Positions 27,106 to 37,877 of a stretch of 64,000 bases of DNA are shown piece after piece; position 1 is the first letter of the stretch, and every line of letters starts with the position of its first letter. Position numbers and translations under genes: made by a program. The stretch lies in the NCBI GenBank assembly GCA_038317055.1, contig JBBQBA010000002.1:70106-134105 (forward strand), given 5' to 3'. The stretch comes from Candidatus Saccharimonadales bacterium. GTDB lineage: Bacteria > Patescibacteriota > Saccharimonadia > Saccharimonadales > DATKHC01. Below the pieces are notes generated by a model. It was not told the origin of the DNA. It saw only the letters and a list, made by a program, of their open reading frames with translations, and ran no database searches.

Positions 27106-30100
27106 TGAGAAACTATACACCCGGTACAAATATTGCCGATTTTGACGCAGTCCGACTAGCAGTAGCTAGTCCTGAAGATATCCTTGAATGGAGTTATGGT
27201 GAAGTTACAAAACCAGAAACTATTAACTATCGAACACAGAAACCTGAACGAGATGGTCTTTTCTGTGAGCGAATATTCGGACCAGTTAAAGATATAAATC
27301 CACACGATGCTAAATATAAAGGAATGCGATCTCGTGAAGCTGCAATAGATAAGAACGGTGAAATTGTTACCAAATCTATTGTTCGTCGAGAAAGAATGGC
27401 ACATATAGCATTAGCTAGCCCAGTTGCTCATATTTGGTTCCTACGTGGCACACCATCAGCGATTGGTCTTCTTCTTGGAATGACCGTAAAGAATTTAGAG
27501 CGCGTAGTATATTTTGCGGCTTACATCATTAAGTCAGTTGATAAAGAAAAGCGCGATAAGATTTTAGCTGATAAAGAAGCAGAGTTTGCAGCAGCTAAAG
27601 AAGCAATTAAAATTCGATATGAAGCTGCTTCAAAAGAAGAAAATTCAAATATTAAAGCTCTAGCCGAAATGCAAACTAAAGAAATCGAAGAAGTTACTAA
27701 AAACTTTAGTGAAGTTAAAGATCAGTTGACTGCTCTTGAAAAACTTAACTTAATTTCAGAAAACGATTTTAGAATGCTACCTGACGAAGTTCGCTCAACA
27801 ATTACTGTTGGAATGGGCGGAGTGGCTATTAAAGATCTACTTGTAGAAATTGACCTTGGCAAATTAATTGCTGACCTATCAAAAGAAGCAGAAGAAGTTA
27901 AAGGACAAAGAAAGAAAAAAATAACGAAGCGACTAAGACTACTTGAGAGTATGTACCGAGCTGGAATTAAACCATCAAGTATGTGCTTTAGTGTGCTTCC
28001 TGTTATTCCTCCAGACCTAAGACCTATGGTTCAACTTACTGGTGGAAGATTCGCAACTTCTGATCTTAACGATCTTTATCGTCGAGTTATCAACCGTAAT
28101 AATCGACTTAAGAAATTAATTGAATTAAAAGCTCCGGAGATTATCCGAAGAAACGAACAAAGAATGCTTCAAGAAGCAGTCGATGCATTAATAGATAATA
28201 ACAGTGCTAGATCGGGTCGTGCAGTAGCTGCAACCGGTCAACACCGTCGACTTAAGTCACTTTCAGACATGCTTAAAGGTAAGCAAGGACGTTTCCGTCA
28301 GAACTTACTAGGTAAGCGTGTAGATTATTCTGGTCGTTCAGTAATTGTATCTGGACCAGAACTTAAGATTTATCAGTGTGGTCTACCAAAGATGATGGCA
28401 CTAGAGTTATTTAAACCATTCGTTATAGGACACCTTATTACGAACGAATACGCTCACAACATTAGATCTGCAACTCGTATGATTGAATTAGGTGAAACAG
28501 CAGTTTGGGATGCACTCGATGAAGTCATTAAAGGTAAATATGTACTATTAAATCGTGCACCAAGTCTTCACCGACTTTCTATACAGGCTTTCCAACCAGT
28601 ACTTATTGAGGGTAAAGCTATTCAACTGCACCCACTTGTATGTAAAGGTTTCAATGCTGATTTTGATGGTGACCAAATGGCAGTACACTTACCGTTATCT
28701 GACGAAGCACAAGCTGAAGCTAAGAACATCATGGCAAGTAACAAGAACTTACTGAAGCCAGCTGATGGTTCTCCAATTCTACATATTGAACAAGATATTG
28801 TACTCGGATGTTACTACTTAACATACGATCGACCTTCAGCCACTGAAGGAAAAGCAGTTAGAGTATTCTCAGGTATAGATGAAGCCATAATGAGTTACGA
28901 AGCTGGTGGAATTGAACTTCAAAGCAGGGTTAAAATACCTTTCCGAGGTGAAACTCGTGAATCTACATTAGGCAGATTCCTATTTAATGAAATCTTCCCA
29001 GAAGATTTTCCATTCCAAGATGATGCTATGAGTAAGAAGAAACTACAAGCTGCTATGGCACTAGTATATGCAACTTATGGTCAAGAAATTGCCGCAGAAA
29101 TTGCCGATGATCTTAAAGATATAGGTTTTGACTACGCTACAACTTCAGGTATTTCAATGGGTATGGGAGACTTTACCGCAATTGATGGAATGGATGAGGC
29201 AATAGTACTTGCCGAGGAAAAAGCTAAGAAAGTTAGTGATCAATATAATGAAGGTCTTATAACCGACGAAGAAAGATACCGTTTAACTGTTGAAGTTTGG
29301 ATGGATACAGATAATTCAGTTCAGGAAATGTTAGTTAATCAGTTTTCAGAACGAGACTCATCGATGTCAATTGCCGTACTTTCTGGTGCTCGTGGTTCAA
29401 TTGGTCAGGTAAAAATGACCGTAGGTACAGTTGGAATTCAGGCTGATACAACTGGACGTGCTATTGAACTTCCAATTAGAAATAACTATAAGTCCGGTCT
29501 TACTCCACTTGAATATTTCACAGCCGCTCGTGGTGCTCGAAAAGGACTAATTGATACAGCCCTAAAGACTGCTGATTCAGGTTATCTAACAAGACGACTT
29601 GTGGATGTATCACAAGATGTATTTACGATCGATGATGATTCCCACGATCCAGGATTCTCGATGCACCGTTCTGATGCTAAAGAAATCGGTGTCCCATATG
29701 CTTCTCGACTATATGGTCGATTCGCTGCCGAAAATATCGCTAAATTTGTAAAAGCTGGTGAATTTATTGACCGAAAAGCAGCTGATGGAATTGATGCAGA
29801 TAGCTCACTTGACGGAGTTAAGATTATGAGTGTACTAAGCTCAACTAACGTTCGAGGTGTACCTAGAAAGAGTTATGGACTTGATCCAGCAACTGGTAAC
29901 TTAGTAGTTTCTCATCATCCAGTTGGTGTAATTGCTGCTCAGTCTATTGGTGAGCCAGGAACACAGTTAACACTAAAGACTTTCCATGCTGGAGGTACTG
30001 CAGGAGACGATATTACTTCTGGTCTACCACGTGTAGAAGAACTGTTTGAAGTTCGTAGTCCAAAAGGACAAGCTACAATTTCCGAACTTACTGGTGTTGC

Positions 30101-30923
30101 TAATGTTTGGGAAGAGGGAGAACATTACATAGTTCAAATTACTAGTGCAGATAATTCAGATAAAAAGACCTTTGAAGCTAACCTAGGCGTTAAGAAACCA
30201 GCGTTACAAAATGGTCAAACTGTCGCTATTGGTGACGTAATTGCTGCCGGAAAGACCGGTAAGAGCCCAGTCATTTCACCAATCCCAGGAATCGTTGAAT
30301 ATACTGACAAGAAAGTAATTGTTGTACCAACTGGTGAAACAGTAATAAAGTATGAAATTCCTGGATTCAAGCAGCTACTGGTTGCTGATGGTGATCATGT
30401 TGAAGTAGGACAGAAAGTATCTAATGGTTCAATTAACCTACACGAACTCATGACACTTAAGGGTGTTGAACACACACAAAGATATATCATGAATGAGATA
30501 CTTGGAATCTTTGCTTCTCAGGGACAAACTATCGCCGATAAGCACCTTGAGATCATTGTTCACCAAATGTTTAGTCGAGTACAAATCGAAGAAGCTGGGA
30601 ACAGCGACTTTGTTACTGGTGACATGGCAAGTAAACTTTCAGTAGTTGTTGCTAATGAGGAACTTGTCAAAAATGGTAAGAATCCTGCTAAATACAGTCA
30701 ATTACTTCTTGGCATTACTAAAGCCAGTCTAACTACCGATTCATTCCTAAGTTCAGCAAGTTTCCAAGACACAACAAGAGTATTAATTTCTGCAGCTACT
30801 AGTGGTAAGGTCGACCACTTATATGGGCTTAAAGAAAACGTTATACTAGGTCGTCGAATTCCGGTTGGCACGGGTTATTATGACCCCGAAGCCGAAGAAG
30901 TTGCGACAGAGTTTGACGATTAA
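27105..30923 (+). CDS. rpoC: DNA-directed RNA polymerase subunit beta'
   Basis: 1272 aa with the NADFDGDQMAVH catalytic motif. The start overlaps the rpoB stop (TAATG). Confidence 0.98.
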   Translation: MRNYTPGTNIADFDAVRLAVASPEDILEWSYGEVTKPETINYRTQKPERDGLFCERIFGPVKDINPHDAKYKGMRSREAAIDKNGEIVTKSIVRRERMAHIALASPVAHIWFLRGTPSAIGLLLGMTVKNLERVVYFAAYIIKSVDKEKRDKILADKEAEFAAAKEAIKIRYEAASKEENSNIKALAEMQTKEIEEVTKNFSEVKDQLTALEKLNLISENDFRMLPDEVRSTITVGMGGVAIKDLLVEIDLGKLIADLSKEAEEVKGQRKKKITKRLRLLESMYRAGIKPSSMCFSVLPVIPPDLRPMVQLTGGRFATSDLNDLYRRVINRNNRLKKLIELKAPEIIRRNEQRMLQEAVDALIDNNSARSGRAVAATGQHRRLKSLSDMLKGKQGRFRQNLLGKRVDYSGRSVIVSGPELKIYQCGLPKMMALELFKPFVIGHLITNEYAHNIRSATRMIELGETAVWDALDEVIKGKYVLLNRAPSLHRLSIQAFQPVLIEGKAIQLHPLVCKGFNADFDGDQMAVHLPLSDEAQAEAKNIMASNKNLLKPADGSPILHIEQDIVLGCYYLTYDRPSATEGKAVRVFSGIDEAIMSYEAGGIELQSRVKIPFRGETRESTLGRFLFNEIFPEDFPFQDDAMSKKKLQAAMALVYATYGQEIAAEIADDLKDIGFDYATTSGISMGMGDFTAIDGMDEAIVLAEEKAKKVSDQYNEGLITDEERYRLTVEVWMDTDNSVQEMLVNQFSERDSSMSIAVLSGARGSIGQVKMTVGTVGIQADTTGRAIELPIRNNYKSGLTPLEYFTAARGARKGLIDTALKTADSGYLTRRLVDVSQDVFTIDDDSHDPGFSMHRSDAKEIGVPYASRLYGRFAAENIAKFVKAGEFIDRKAADGIDADSSLDGVKIMSVLSSTNVRGVPRKSYGLDPATGNLVVSHHPVGVIAAQSIGEPGTQLTLKTFHAGGTAGDDITSGLPRVEELFEVRSPKGQATISELTGVANVWEEGEHYIVQITSADNSDKKTFEANLGVKKPALQNGQTVAIGDVIAAGKTGKSPVISPIPGIVEYTDKKVIVVPTGETVIKYEIPGFKQLLVADGDHVEVGQKVSNGSINLHELMTLKGVEHTQRYIMNEILGIFASQGQTIADKHLEIIVHQMFSRVQIEEAGNSDFVTGDMASKLSVVVANEELVKNGKNPAKYSQLLLGITKASLTTDSFLSSASFQDTTRVLISAATSGKVDHLYGLKENVILGRRIPVGTGYYDPEAEEVATEFDD

Positions 30924-30949
30924 GAGTAAATCTGGTTAAATTATAGCTT

Positions 30950-31363
30950 ATGCCAACGATCAATCAACTAGTTAAAAAACCACGCAAGCGAGCGACTACC
31001 AAATCTAAGTCGCCAGCTATGCACCGCGTGGTTAACAATTTAAAGACAAGAAACTATGAAAAAGCAGCGCCATTCAAACGAGGTGTCTGTATAAAGGTAA
31101 CTACCAAAACACCAAAGAAACCTAACTCAGCTCTACGAAAAGTTGCACGTGTACGACTTACTAATGGCTATGAAGTTTGGGCATATATCGGCGGTGAAGG
31201 TCATAACCTACAAGAGCACGCAGTTGTTCTAGTACGTGGTGGACGTGTAAAAGATCTTCCAGGTGTCAGATACCACATTGTACGAGGTCACCTTGATCTC
31301 CAGGGTGTGTCAGGACGTAAGAATGGACGTAGTAAATATGGATCCAAGAAAGATGGAAAATAA
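30950..31363 (+). CDS. rpsL: 30S ribosomal protein S12
   Basis: MPTINQL...[19 protein letters not shown]...[14 protein letters not shown]. Confidence 0.97.
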   Translation: MPTINQLVKKPRKRATTKSKSPAMHRVVNNLKTRNYEKAAPFKRGVCIKVTTKTPKKPNSALRKVARVRLTNGYEVWAYIGGEGHNLQEHAVVLVRGGRVKDLPGVRYHIVRGHLDLQGVSGRKNGRSKYGSKKDGK

Positions 31364-31842
31364 TGCCTAGAAAAAAGACTAAATCTCTAGTAAGAGAAGT
31401 TAATCCTGATCGAATATATAACAGTGTACCTGTACAAAAAGTTATAAATCGAGTCATGCTAGACGGCAAGAAACAAATTGCCGAAAAAGCCGTATATAAC
31501 GGAATGCAAAAAGCTGCTGATAAAGTTAAGGTTCAAAACCCTCTTGAAGTATTTGAAAAAGCTATCCGAAACATTCAACCTCATATGGAAACTCGATCAC
31601 GACGTGTTGGTGGTGCTAACTATCAAATTCCTTTTGAAGTAAAAGGCCAAAGACAACAACATTTAACTACTATGTGGTTTGTTGCTGCTGCACGAGCTAA
31701 AAAAGGTATGGGGATTGAAGATCGAATTGCAATCGAACTTGTAGATGCTTACAACAATACAGGCACTGCAGTTCGTAAAAAAGAAGATACTCATAAGATG
31801 GCAGACGCGAACCGTGCTTTCGCTCATTTTGCAAGATACTAA
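31363..31842 (+). CDS. rpsG: 30S ribosomal protein S7
   Basis: 159 aa with VGGANYQIPFEV and ANRAFAHFR-like C-terminus. Follows rpsL. Confidence 0.96.
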   Translation: MPRKKTKSLVREVNPDRIYNSVPVQKVINRVMLDGKKQIAEKAVYNGMQKAADKVKVQNPLEVFEKAIRNIQPHMETRSRRVGGANYQIPFEVKGQRQQHLTTMWFVAAARAKKGMGIEDRIAIELVDAYNNTGTAVRKKEDTHKMADANRAFAHFARY

Positions 31843-31863
31843 AAATTAATAAATTAGGTAAAC

Positions 31864-33951
31864 ATGGCAGAGAAAACTTATCCATTAGAGAAATTACGTA
31901 ACATTGGCATTATTGCTCATATTGATGCTGGAAAGACAACTACTACAGAAGCAATTCTTTATAGAACTGGCCTTAAACATAAAATAGGTGCGGTTCACGA
32001 AGGTGGAACTACTACCGACTGGATGGAACAAGAACGCGAACGTGGTATCACTATTACTAGTGCAGCGGTTACTTGTTTCTGGAAAGACCACAAGATTAAC
32101 ATTATAGATACTCCAGGACATATTGACTTTACGGTTGAGGTTGAGCGATCGCTTCGTGTGTTAGATGGTGCTGTCACAGTATTTGACGGAAAAATGGGTG
32201 TCGAAAGTCAGTCTGAAACTGTTTGGCGTCAAGCTAATAAATATAATGTTCCACGAATTTGTTTCATTAATAAGATTAATCAAACAGGTGGAGACTTTAA
32301 AAAATCTCTCGATTCTATTCACCAACGATTATCTAAGCAAGCTTTTCCAATACATCTACCAATTGGTTTTGAACAATCAATTAGCGGTGTAATTGATCTA
32401 GTTGAAATGAAAAGCTACACATACAAAGAATTTACTGATCATGAACTAATCGAGGGCGATGTACCTGAAGATATGCTAGTTGAAGCAAAACGATATCGTT
32501 CACTACTTATTGAAAATGCCGTCGCTGAAGATGAGAAAATGCTCGAGAAATTCTTTGAAGTAGGTGAAGAAGGTTTAACTGTACCTGAAATCAAACATGC
32601 AATTAGAAGCGCAGTTCTTAGCGGTAAGTTCTACGCTGTATCTGGTGGAGATGGTCGTGGTGTTATCGTCGAAAAACTTCTTGATGCAGTTAATGATTAT
32701 CTACCTTCTCCAATTGACCGTGGATCAACTTGGGGTACTCACCCTAAAACTGGTGACGAGACTGAGCGTAAACCCGAAGTATCACAACCATTCTCAGCCC
32801 TAGCTTTTAAGATTGCGACTGATCCTTTTGTAGGAAAACTGGCATTCTTCAGAGTATATTCTGGCAAAGTAAAGTCAGGTAGTTATGTACTAAATAGTTC
32901 AACAGGTGAAAAAGAACGAGTAGGACGAATTGTACGTATGCACGCAAATGATCGAGAAGATGTTGAAGAAGTTACTACTGGAGACATTGCAGCAATTGTT
33001 GGACTTAAGGGCACTACTACTGGTAATACAATCTCAGATCTAACTAATCCAATTATTCTAGAATCGATTACTTTCCCTGAACCACCAGTATCTATTGCTA
33101 TAGAACCTAAGACTAAGAGCGACCAAGAAAAAATGGGTCTAGCTATGCAAAGGCTCGCTGAAGAAGATCCAACTTTCAGAATTAAAGTTGATCACGAAAC
33201 TGGCCAAACAATTATTAGTGGAATGGGTGAGTTACACCTAGAAATCATTGTAGATCGAATGAAACGAGAATTTAATGTTGATGCTGCAATTGGTGAACCA
33301 CAAGTAGCTTACCGAGAAACGATTCGAAAAGATGGTGTAGAAGCTGAAGGTAAATTCATACGTCAAACTGGTGGACGTGGACAATACGGACATGTTTGGG
33401 TCCGACTTTCGCAGAACGAACAAGGTAAGGGTTTCGAATTTATTAACAGCATAAAAGGTGGTGTAGTACCAAGTGAATATATTAACCCTGTTAGAAAAGG
33501 TATTGAAGAAGCATTAAATAACGGTGTTATTGCTGGGTATCCTGTAGTGGACGTAAAAGTTGAATTATATGATGGCAGTTATCACGATGTGGATTCATCC
33601 GAGCTAGCTTTCGGTATTGCCGGATCGATGGCAGTACAAGAAGGAGTTAAGAAAGCTGGACCAGTTATCCTTGAACCGATTATGAAAATTGTTGCCGTAA
33701 CTCCTGAGTCTTACATGGGTGATGTTATTGGAGACCTAAACTCAAAGCGTGGACGAATTGAATCAATGGAAGACTTAACTCCTGGAATTAAAGAAATTAC
33801 CGCTTTCGTACCACTAGGTGAAATGTTTGGCTACACAACAAGTCTTCGAAGCATGACTCAAGGTCGTGCTAGCTCAAGTATGGAACTTGATCACTATGCT
33901 GATGTTCCAAACCATGTTGCAGAAGCAATCATAAGCAAAAACGCAAAGTAA
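31864..33951 (+). CDS. fusA: elongation factor G
   Basis: 695 aa with the GTPase motifs [14 protein letters not shown] and NKID-like INKIN. Confidence 0.97.
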   Translation: MAEKTYPLEKLRNIGIIAHIDAGKTTTTEAILYRTGLKHKIGAVHEGGTTTDWMEQERERGITITSAAVTCFWKDHKINIIDTPGHIDFTVEVERSLRVLDGAVTVFDGKMGVESQSETVWRQANKYNVPRICFINKINQTGGDFKKSLDSIHQRLSKQAFPIHLPIGFEQSISGVIDLVEMKSYTYKEFTDHELIEGDVPEDMLVEAKRYRSLLIENAVAEDEKMLEKFFEVGEEGLTVPEIKHAIRSAVLSGKFYAVSGGDGRGVIVEKLLDAVNDYLPSPIDRGSTWGTHPKTGDETERKPEVSQPFSALAFKIATDPFVGKLAFFRVYSGKVKSGSYVLNSSTGEKERVGRIVRMHANDREDVEEVTTGDIAAIVGLKGTTTGNTISDLTNPIILESITFPEPPVSIAIEPKTKSDQEKMGLAMQRLAEEDPTFRIKVDHETGQTIISGMGELHLEIIVDRMKREFNVDAAIGEPQVAYRETIRKDGVEAEGKFIRQTGGRGQYGHVWVRLSQNEQGKGFEFINSIKGGVVPSEYINPVRKGIEEALNNGVIAGYPVVDVKVELYDGSYHDVDSSELAFGIAGSMAVQEGVKKAGPVILEPIMKIVAVTPESYMGDVIGDLNSKRGRIESMEDLTPGIKEITAFVPLGEMFGYTTSLRSMTQGRASSSMELDHYADVPNHVAEAIISKNAK

Positions 33952-33989
33952 TTGCTCAAACTCGCTTAATAATTTAGTCGAGCAAGGTA

Positions 33990-34018
33990 TTTACAAATAG
34001 AGTTCTATCAGATACAAT
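33990..34018 (+). promoter_or_regulatory. putative internal promoter for tuf
   Basis: TTTACA (33990-33995), 17 nt spacer, TACAAT (34013-34018), in the 136-nt fusA-tuf spacer. Confidence 0.4.
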
Positions 34019-34087
34019 GAACTGTATAACTCATCGCGAGTTTAATATACTCGTGCTAAATATAATTTAAAGAGGACTATATAGAAG

Positions 34088-35269
34088 ATGGCAGAATTCA
34101 AACGCGATAAACCACATGTAAACGTCGGAACTATGGGCCACGTTGACCATGGTAAAACAACACTAACAGCAGCGATTACGTCAGTATTAGCTAAAAAGCT
34201 TCCAAGCGATATTAACAAATCAATAGCTTATGATCAGATTGATAATGCACCTGAGGAAAAGCAGCGTGGTATTACCATTGCAACTTCTCACCAGGAATAT
34301 GAATCAGAAAAGCGTCACTACGCTCACGTTGATATGCCAGGTCACGCCGATTACGTTAAAAACATGATTACTGGCGCAGCTCAAATTGACGGTGCTATCT
34401 TAGTTGTATCTGCAGCAGATGGTCCTATGCCTCAAACTCGAGAACACGTTCTACTTGCAAAGCAAGTTGGCGTTCCTTCAATTCTTGTATTCATGAACAA
34501 GATGGATCTTGCAGATCCTGAGCTAGTTGAACTAGTTGAAATGGATATCCGTGAACTTCTAGCTAAGAATGATTTTGATGACAACTGTCCGATTATAAAA
34601 GGTTCAGCTACTAAAGCTCTTGAAGGTTCTAAAGAAGATGAAGATGCAATCATGGAACTTGTTAAAGCTATGGATGATTACATTCCAGAACCAAAGCGAG
34701 AACTAGACAAGCCTTTCCTAATGCCAATTGAAGATGTTTTCTCTATTAAGGGACGTGGAACAGTTGCTACCGGCCGAGTTGAACAAGGTATTGTAAAAGT
34801 TAACGAAGAAGTTGAAATCGTTGGAATTAGAGATACACGAAAGAGTGTTGTTACTGGTGTTGAAATGTTCAAGAAAAATCTAGATCAAGGTCAAGCTGGT
34901 GATAACGTTGGAATATTACTACGAGGTGTTGAGCGAGAAGATATCGAACGTGGTCAAGTTCTTGCAAAACCTGGAACTATTACTCCTCACACAGAATTTG
35001 ATTCAGAAGTATATATCCTAACCAAAGAAGAAGGTGGTCGTCACACTCCTTTCTTTAAAGGTTACAAACCACAATTTTATTTCCGAACAACTGACGTAAC
35101 TGGTGAAGTAGAATTACCTGCAGACAAAGAAATGGTTATGCCTGGTGATACAACTACTTTTAAAGTTAAATTACTAGCACCTATCGCTATGGAACAAGGT
35201 TTACGCTTCGCAATTCGTGAAGGTGGCCGTACAGTTGGCGCTGGTGTTATCACTAAAGTAGTTAAATAA
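34088..35269 (+). CDS. tuf: elongation factor Tu
   Basis: 393 aa with [18 protein letters not shown] and NKMD. Confidence 0.98.
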   Translation: MAEFKRDKPHVNVGTMGHVDHGKTTLTAAITSVLAKKLPSDINKSIAYDQIDNAPEEKQRGITIATSHQEYESEKRHYAHVDMPGHADYVKNMITGAAQIDGAILVVSAADGPMPQTREHVLLAKQVGVPSILVFMNKMDLADPELVELVEMDIRELLAKNDFDDNCPIIKGSATKALEGSKEDEDAIMELVKAMDDYIPEPKRELDKPFLMPIEDVFSIKGRGTVATGRVEQGIVKVNEEVEIVGIRDTRKSVVTGVEMFKKNLDQGQAGDNVGILLRGVEREDIERGQVLAKPGTITPHTEFDSEVYILTKEEGGRHTPFFKGYKPQFYFRTTDVTGEVELPADKEMVMPGDTTTFKVKLLAPIAMEQGLRFAIREGGRTVGAGVITKVVK

Positions 35270-35277
35270 GAAAATAA

Positions 35278-35523
35278 ATGTCAAATCCTGAATATCACAT
35301 TTTCGAACAACAGGAAGAATTTGAAGAACTATTTCGTGTTGGAAATACCGAATTAGGTATCGGTGTAATGATCGATACAGAAGAAGCTGCGGGTAGAGTA
35401 GCTGACATGCAACAAGGTTTAAATACAGTACATATTAAGGGAATGCGAGTACATTCACATGCATTACTTGATAACCCAATTCTTAGAGATATGTGGTTAA
35501 GAGAAAGTGGAGAAGAAGAATAA
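35278..35523 (+). CDS. acidic 81-aa protein of unknown function embedded between tuf and rpsJ
   Basis: The ORF starts 8 nt after the tuf stop. Its TAA overlaps the next ATG (TAATG at 35521-35525). No recognised family. Confidence 0.55.
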   Translation: MSNPEYHIFEQQEEFEELFRVGNTELGIGVMIDTEEAAGRVADMQQGLNTVHIKGMRVHSHALLDNPILRDMWLRESGEEE

Positions 35524-35747
35524 TGACAACTCCTGAATATTCACAGCCCGATTACGAACCAGTCATAGGTTTTGATGGCAAGGTTTATACCGCCGACGAA
35601 GTACGATTAGTCGAAGCAGAATTTGCTGTTGAATCAGCTGTAGCTTCTGAAAGACTTTTTAGTGATGGTTTTGGTGAAATACAAATTGCTGAGTTAAGCA
35701 TTGAGGCAGTTAGACTTCGAGCACGTCAATCAGGAGGAGTTATATAA
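35523..35747 (+). CDS. acidic 74-aa protein of unknown function, translationally coupled to rpsJ
   Basis: ATG 35523 ([22 protein letters not shown]...) has GGAGAAG upstream. Its TAA overlaps the rpsJ ATG at 35747. The track's longer 35493 start overlaps the previous ORF. Confidence 0.55.
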   Translation: MTTPEYSQPDYEPVIGFDGKVYTADEVRLVEAEFAVESAVASERLFSDGFGEIQIAELSIEAVRLRARQSGGVI

Positions 35748-36088
35748 TGGCAGCAGCAACTGAATCTAAAAAGACCGAAACTGGTAAACAACGAATCAGA
35801 ATCCGACTTAAGGCATATGACCATCGTGTTATAGACCAGTCAGCGAAACAAATTGTAGATACAGCACTTAGAACAGGCGCAACCATTGCTGGACCAATAC
35901 CACTACCTACGAATAGAACTCTGTACACCGTAGTTAAGAGTCCTCACGTCTATAAAAAAGGACGTGAACAGTTTGAAATGCGTGTACATAAACGTCTTAT
36001 TGATATATTTGAACCTACTCCTAAGACAATTGATTCGTTAATGAATCTAAGTCTTCCAGCTGGCTGTGACGCCGAAATCAAGATGTAG
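35747..36088 (+). CDS. rpsJ: 30S ribosomal protein S10
   Basis: [34 protein letters not shown] 9 nt upstream. Confidence 0.96.
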   Translation: MAAATESKKTETGKQRIRIRLKAYDHRVIDQSAKQIVDTALRTGATIAGPIPLPTNRTLYTVVKSPHVYKKGREQFEMRVHKRLIDIFEPTPKTIDSLMNLSLPAGCDAEIKM

Positions 36089-36174
36089 TATAAACAACAG
36101 ATTGACAGGAGTAACGCTATAGTGTTACTATTGGTAGAATTTGACGAGTATTTTGCTTGGTGAACTAGGCAGGT

Positions 36175-36195
36175 CTGTCTTTTAGAAAAAGACGG
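36175..36195 (+). other. 9-bp stem-loop in the unusually long rpsJ-rplC spacer
   Basis: CTGTCTTTT-AGA-AAAAGACGG (one G-U pair). No following T-run, so it is not a canonical intrinsic terminator. Confidence 0.3.
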
Positions 36196-36265
36196 ATACC
36201 ACCAGTCACCAAGAATTTTATTGTCAAAACTTACGTTATTAATAACAGATGGGCAAAGGATAAAA

Positions 36266-36880
36266 GTGAAAGCTTTAATTTCTAGAAAAATTGGTATGAC
36301 TAGCACTATCTCTGAGGCCGGTGTCTCTCAGGCTATTACTCTGTTGTCTGTTGATCCTAATGTAGTTACTCAAATAAAAACCGTTGAAAAAGACGGTTAC
36401 AGTGCTATCCAAATTGGAAGCGAGAAAGCCAAGAAAACTAACAAACCACAAATCAACCATTTTAAAGCTTCAAAAATACTTCCAAAGATTGTCCGCGAAT
36501 ATAATATTAACGATGATGAATCAAACGAATTAGCTATCGGTGACACACTAACTGCCGATAGTTTTTCAATTGGAGATACTGTAAATGTTACTTCTACTTC
36601 AAAAGGTAAAGGTTTTGCTGGAACAATTAAACGACATAACTTCCACCGTGGTCGTAAAACTCATGGAGGTCGAAGCTATCGACGTCCTGGCTCTATTGGT
36701 TCAATGTACCCACAAAAGATTTTTAAAGGAAAAAAAATGGCAGGCCGAATGGGCCATGATCAAGTTACAGTCAAGAATCTAAAGATTGCTCTTGTTGATA
36801 CTGAACTTAAGGTTATAGGTGTTACTGGTGCAGTTCCTGGTCCTCGTAAAGGTATTGTGATGATTAAGGGGAATAAATAA
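36266..36880 (+). CDS. rplC: 50S ribosomal protein L3
   Basis: GTG 36266 lies 5 nt after AAGGA and gives [13 protein letters not shown]..., a typical L3 N-terminus. The track TTG 36221 would add 15 aa. Confidence 0.93.
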   Translation: MKALISRKIGMTSTISEAGVSQAITLLSVDPNVVTQIKTVEKDGYSAIQIGSEKAKKTNKPQINHFKASKILPKIVREYNINDDESNELAIGDTLTADSFSIGDTVNVTSTSKGKGFAGTIKRHNFHRGRKTHGGRSYRRPGSIGSMYPQKIFKGKKMAGRMGHDQVTVKNLKIALVDTELKVIGVTGAVPGPRKGIVMIKGNK

Positions 36881-37518
36881 TGCCCGTTACATCATTTACT
36901 AAGACTGGTAATAAATCTACAACTGCAGTAAAGCTAGATAAAGATGTTTTTGATATTGAACCTAAGAATCACGAACTTCTAAAAGCAAATTATGTAGCAT
37001 ACCTAGCTAATGGCCGAGAAAACCTAGCAGTAACTAAAACTCGTGGACTTGTTCGTGGTGGTGGTAAGAAACCTTGGCGACAAAAAGGTACTGGCCGAGC
37101 TCGATTTGGTTCTTCAAGAAACCCAATATGGCGCGGCGGTGGAATTGTATTTGGACCAACAGGAAATGAGAATTATTCACATAAAGTTCATAAGAGCGCG
37201 AAACGAACTGCTATTCGTCAAAGCCTAAGTCTTGCTAATAAAGAAAATAAGATAATTATTATCGAAGACCTAGTATTTGCAGATAACAAGACAAAAGCAG
37301 CAGTCGCACTTCTAAAAAAGATTGGAGCTATAAAGAAAACTTTGCTAGTAGTTGAAAATAAAACTCCCGAGTTAGAGCGTGCAATCAATAATCTATCTAA
37401 TGTAAAACTAGTTCAAGCTAAATACATAAACATTTTTGATAGTATGAACGCTGATCACATCGTAATTACACAAGGAGCTTTGAAAATAGTTTCTGAATGG
37501 TTAGGCGGAGATAAGTAA
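36880..37518 (+). CDS. rplD: 50S ribosomal protein L4
   Basis: GGGKKPWRQKGTGRARFGSSRNPIWRGGG. Confidence 0.96.
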   Translation: MPVTSFTKTGNKSTTAVKLDKDVFDIEPKNHELLKANYVAYLANGRENLAVTKTRGLVRGGGKKPWRQKGTGRARFGSSRNPIWRGGGIVFGPTGNENYSHKVHKSAKRTAIRQSLSLANKENKIIIIEDLVFADNKTKAAVALLKKIGAIKKTLLVVENKTPELERAINNLSNVKLVQAKYINIFDSMNADHIVITQGALKIVSEWLGGDK

Positions 37519-37877
37519 TGTATAAGCAGATCCTACTTAAGCCTCGTATTTCCGAGAAAGCTTATGCTCAGAGCCAGACAGATAATGTTTATGTATTTTC
37601 TGTTCCTCAAAGTGCAAATAAAATGACAGTAGCTCGAGCCGTAACAGCTCAATTTAATGTCGTTGTTATTAGTGTACGAATTGCACATCTACCACCTACG
37701 CCTAAACGAAGTATCCGTAATGGTGGTCGTAAAGTAAATAAAGGTTTTCAACCAGGCATAAAGAAAGCCTACGTCACCCTAAAAGAAGGTGAAGCAATTC
37801 CTATATATGCTGCTGAGGAAGAAGAAAAAGTTCGAACTGAGAAGCTTAATAAGCAGCTCGCGAAAGGTAAAAAATAA
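37518..37877 (+). CDS. rplW: 50S ribosomal protein L23
   Basis: 119 aa in the L4-L23-L2 position. LKPRISEKA and KKAYVTLKEG are typical. Confidence 0.92.
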   Translation: MYKQILLKPRISEKAYAQSQTDNVYVFSVPQSANKMTVARAVTAQFNVVVISVRIAHLPPTPKRSIRNGGRKVNKGFQPGIKKAYVTLKEGEAIPIYAAEEEEKVRTEKLNKQLAKGKK

